In this document: piece after piece, positions 61,685-64,000 of the stretch
How the letters are laid out: every line of letters begins with the position of its first letter
Position numbering within the stretch: the first letter of the stretch is position 1
DNA from: Terriglobia bacterium
GTDB taxonomy: Bacteria; Acidobacteriota; Terriglobia; 20CM-2-55-15
Assembly: GCA_965218585.1 (NCBI GenBank)
Contig: CBDCLE010000017.1
Location: forward strand, 64,001-128,000
Length of the DNA: 64,000 nt
Direction of reading: 5' to 3'
Notes under the pieces: model-generated
The model's database searches: none
Told to the model about the DNA's origin: nothing
Seen by the model: the letters and a program-made list of their open reading frames with translations, nothing else
Program-made: the position numbers and the translations under genes

Positions 61685-63536
61685 TCAATGCGAAGGCGCA
61701 GTTTCGATTTTTACGGCCGGTCCGACATGTTCGGGCTCCCGGATCTGATCGACCAGGTCGCGTGTAGCGGAACTCGGAGGCGGGAAAAACCCTGTAAGCC
61801 CAAGGGTGACGGCAAAGTTCAGCATCATGCCGACCGACCCGATCCCCTGCGGGTCGATCCCGTTCGTGAACAATCCGAAGGTCCAGCGGTCCATTCCAAA
61901 GAAGACAGTCGCGATGATGTAAAACGCGGTGAAGGAAATCCCTGCGATCATGCCCGCAACTGCCGGAACGGTTCCAACCCGTTTGCTGAAGATACCCAGA
62001 ACGATCGCCGGGAAAAAAACTGGCTGCCGCCAGACCAAAGGCAAAAGCGACGACCTGGCTGACAAACCCGGGTGGATAGATGCCGAAGATTCCCGCGATA
62101 ACGACGGCAACACCGATGACTCCACGTCCAACCCTCAGGCGTTGGGCTTCGCTGGCTTCGGGCCGCAGGATCCGAAAATAGAGGTCGTGAGCGACACTGG
62201 AGGAGATCACCAGCAGAAGACCGCTCGCCGTCGAAAGTGCAGCCGCGAGACCTCCAGCCGCAACAAGCGCAATGATCCAGTTCGCCAGCTCGGCCATTTC
62301 AGGCGTTGCAAGAACGATGATATCCCTGTCGGGCCCGGAGAGTCCGGCGTCCCTCAAAGCGATTCTTGCATCCAGACCGGCCGTGCCTCCGGTGTCGAGC
62401 CACTGTTGATGCGAAGCTCTGAGCGAAGCCAGTTCCGCTGTGGCCAACGTTCCGTTACGGAAGACCTCGTTATCCTCGCCCGCAGCATAGAGAACCTGCC
62501 CGTCGCCGTTATCGAGCCATAGAATCAGACCGGTCCGTTCCCAGTTCTCGAACCACTCGGGTAGCTCTTCAGCCCTCTGCCCATTCAGGCTGTCGATCAT
62601 GAAGTAACGCGCAAATGCGGCGGTTGCCGGGGCCGTCAGGTACAGCATCGAAATAAAGAAAAGCGCCCAAAACGCACTCCACCGCGCAGCCTTGACCGAC
62701 TTGACCGTGTAAAAACGGACGATCACATGAGGCAGGCCTGCGGTGCCCACCATCAGGGCCAGAGCAACCAGAAAGACGTTGACCTTGTCCCAACCTCCGA
62801 CGAACGTATCCGTGTAGGCTGCAAAACCCAGATCCGTATGTATCTGATTCAGTCGTTCCAACAGGTAGACGCTGGTTCCATCATCCGCGCCGATCAGTTC
62901 GCCTCCAAGGCCAACCTGGGGCAGCAGATCTCCGGTCAGTCGGATACTAATTGCGATTGCGGGTATGAGAAAGGCCGTGATCAGGACCCAGTATTGGGCC
63001 ACCTGCGTCCAGGTTATTCCCTTCATGCCGCCGAGCGTCGCGTAGACAAAAACGATCGCCATGCCGATGACGACACCCACGTTGATATCCACTTCCAGAA
63101 AACGGCTGAAGACCACGCCCACGCCGCGCATCTGTCCGGCGACATAGGTGAACGAGATAAAGATGGCACAGACCACTGCGGTCATTCGTGCCACGTTCGA
63201 TTCGTAGCGATCACCGATGAAATCCGGAACCGTGTAGTGTCCGAACTTTCTCAGGTATGGGGCGAGCAGGAGGGCCAACAGGACAAACCCTCCGGTCCAG
63301 CCCATGAGATAGATCCCTCCCGCATATCCCATGGTCGAGATCAGGCCCGCCATCGAAATGTACGACGCGGCGCTCATCCAGTCCGCTGCGGTGGCCATTC
63401 CGTTCGCACCGGCAGGCACTCCCTGTCCGGCGACGTAAAAACCCCTGGTGTCGGTGACACAGCTCAACCAGGCGATCGTCAGATAGAGACCAAAGGTGAG
63501 GCCGACGAAGAGGTAGGTCCAGCCCTGTACGCTCAT
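61685..63536 (-). pseudogene. actP: Sodium:solute symporter (ActP-like); +1 frameshift in the A7 run at 62013-62019
   Basis: ADWMSAAS, GWTGG, GGMKGITWTQV, GTAGLPH and AAALSTASGLL. The last TM helices are in ORF 61685..62131. Confidence 0.85.
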
Positions 63537-63850
63537 CGGGCATCTCCACGGCGGCTCTCGTCGATCTCCCGGTGGTGTGCAGCATCCAGCCGATTCATCA
63601 AGAGGCAGTAAACGAGGATGAGGAGAACAAAGGCGATAATGCTGCCCTGTTGCGCAAACCAGAATCCGAGTGGATATCCGGTTCCGGGAAGCCTGTAGGT
63701 GTTCAGCACGTCGGCGAAAAGGACGCCGGCCCCCAGTCCCGCCAACGCCCAACCGAAGAGAAGAGTGACCATGATGCGCACGTTGCGCCGCCAATACGAC
63801 TGGAGCAGTGTTCTGGTGTCGGGTTTCGCCTGTGGGGATTCAGCGTTCAT
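63533..63850 (-). CDS. DUF4212 small membrane subunit of the solute symporter
   Basis: YWRRN...GYPLGFWFAQQGS; ATGA overlap with the symporter. Confidence 0.9.
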   Translation of the reverse strand: MNAESPQAKPDTRTLLQSYWRRNVRIMVTLLFGWALAGLGAGVLFADVLNTYRLPGTGYPLGFWFAQQGSIIAFVLLILVYCLLMNRLDAAHHREIDESRRGDAR

Positions 63851-64000
63851 GGGGATCAGAAAAGCGCTGCGATTCTATCGGAGGGGATTAGCAAGGTCAA
63901 CGGACACGTGAGACTCCGATTGCTTCCAACTTCTTAGTTCTACTATCATTTGCCAAGAAGGAGGCCGGGATCGTTGACAGATCGAAAAACCCTCGAATCT

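Noticed and set aside
4798-62019. Programmed ribosomal frameshifting as the common cause of the split genes
   Set aside because: The sites share no slippery motif or stimulatory structure, and both +1 and -1 directions occur.
61497-63794. 765-aa ORF as a giant symporter
   Set aside because: The N-extension overlaps DUF4212 out of frame and the C-terminus is post-frameshift nonsense. The real gene is 63536..61685.
63974-64000. Possible gene start (TTG after AAGGAGG) divergent from the symporter, perhaps acetyl-CoA synthetase
   Set aside because: Only nine codons are visible, so the product cannot be supported.
1-64000. CRISPR array, rRNA, prophage or defence system
   Set aside because: I saw no regularly spaced direct repeats, rRNA-like sequence, or phage/defence motifs; the repeats found are dispersed and palindromic.

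Overview
Bacterial chromosomal segment, roughly 58% GC by eye. Gene content and the repeated 'FPHxxDGGG' secreted domains suggest Acidobacteriota (inference). It holds glnE/glnD, a B12-radical-SAM/methyltransferase/O-antigen-ligase-like cluster, a heterodimeric ABC exporter and an ECF sigma/anti-sigma operon interrupted by a complete IS256-family element (8-bp TSD). An intact housekeeping block follows (hpt, suhB, uvrB, lepB, rnc, asnS, coaE, folD), then an accessory half of peptidases, hydrolases and transporters. Main signals: (i) about 17 lesions (gene-to-gene deletion junctions, an 8-bp duplication, 1-bp indels, an IS), none seen between ~17.4 and ~36.9 kb, meaning either ongoing genome erosion or assembly artefact; (ii) both GlnD and GlnE are broken into single-activity halves; (iii) an uncharacterised two-gene Fe-S module at 49.3-50.8 kb; (iv) at least four families of small structured repeats, including a 272-bp MITE with 32-bp perfect inverted repeats; (v) an attC half-site fused to an IS30 3' remnant. 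I recognised no rRNA, tRNA or CRISPR array. All family calls are from motif recognition by eye; no database searches were run.
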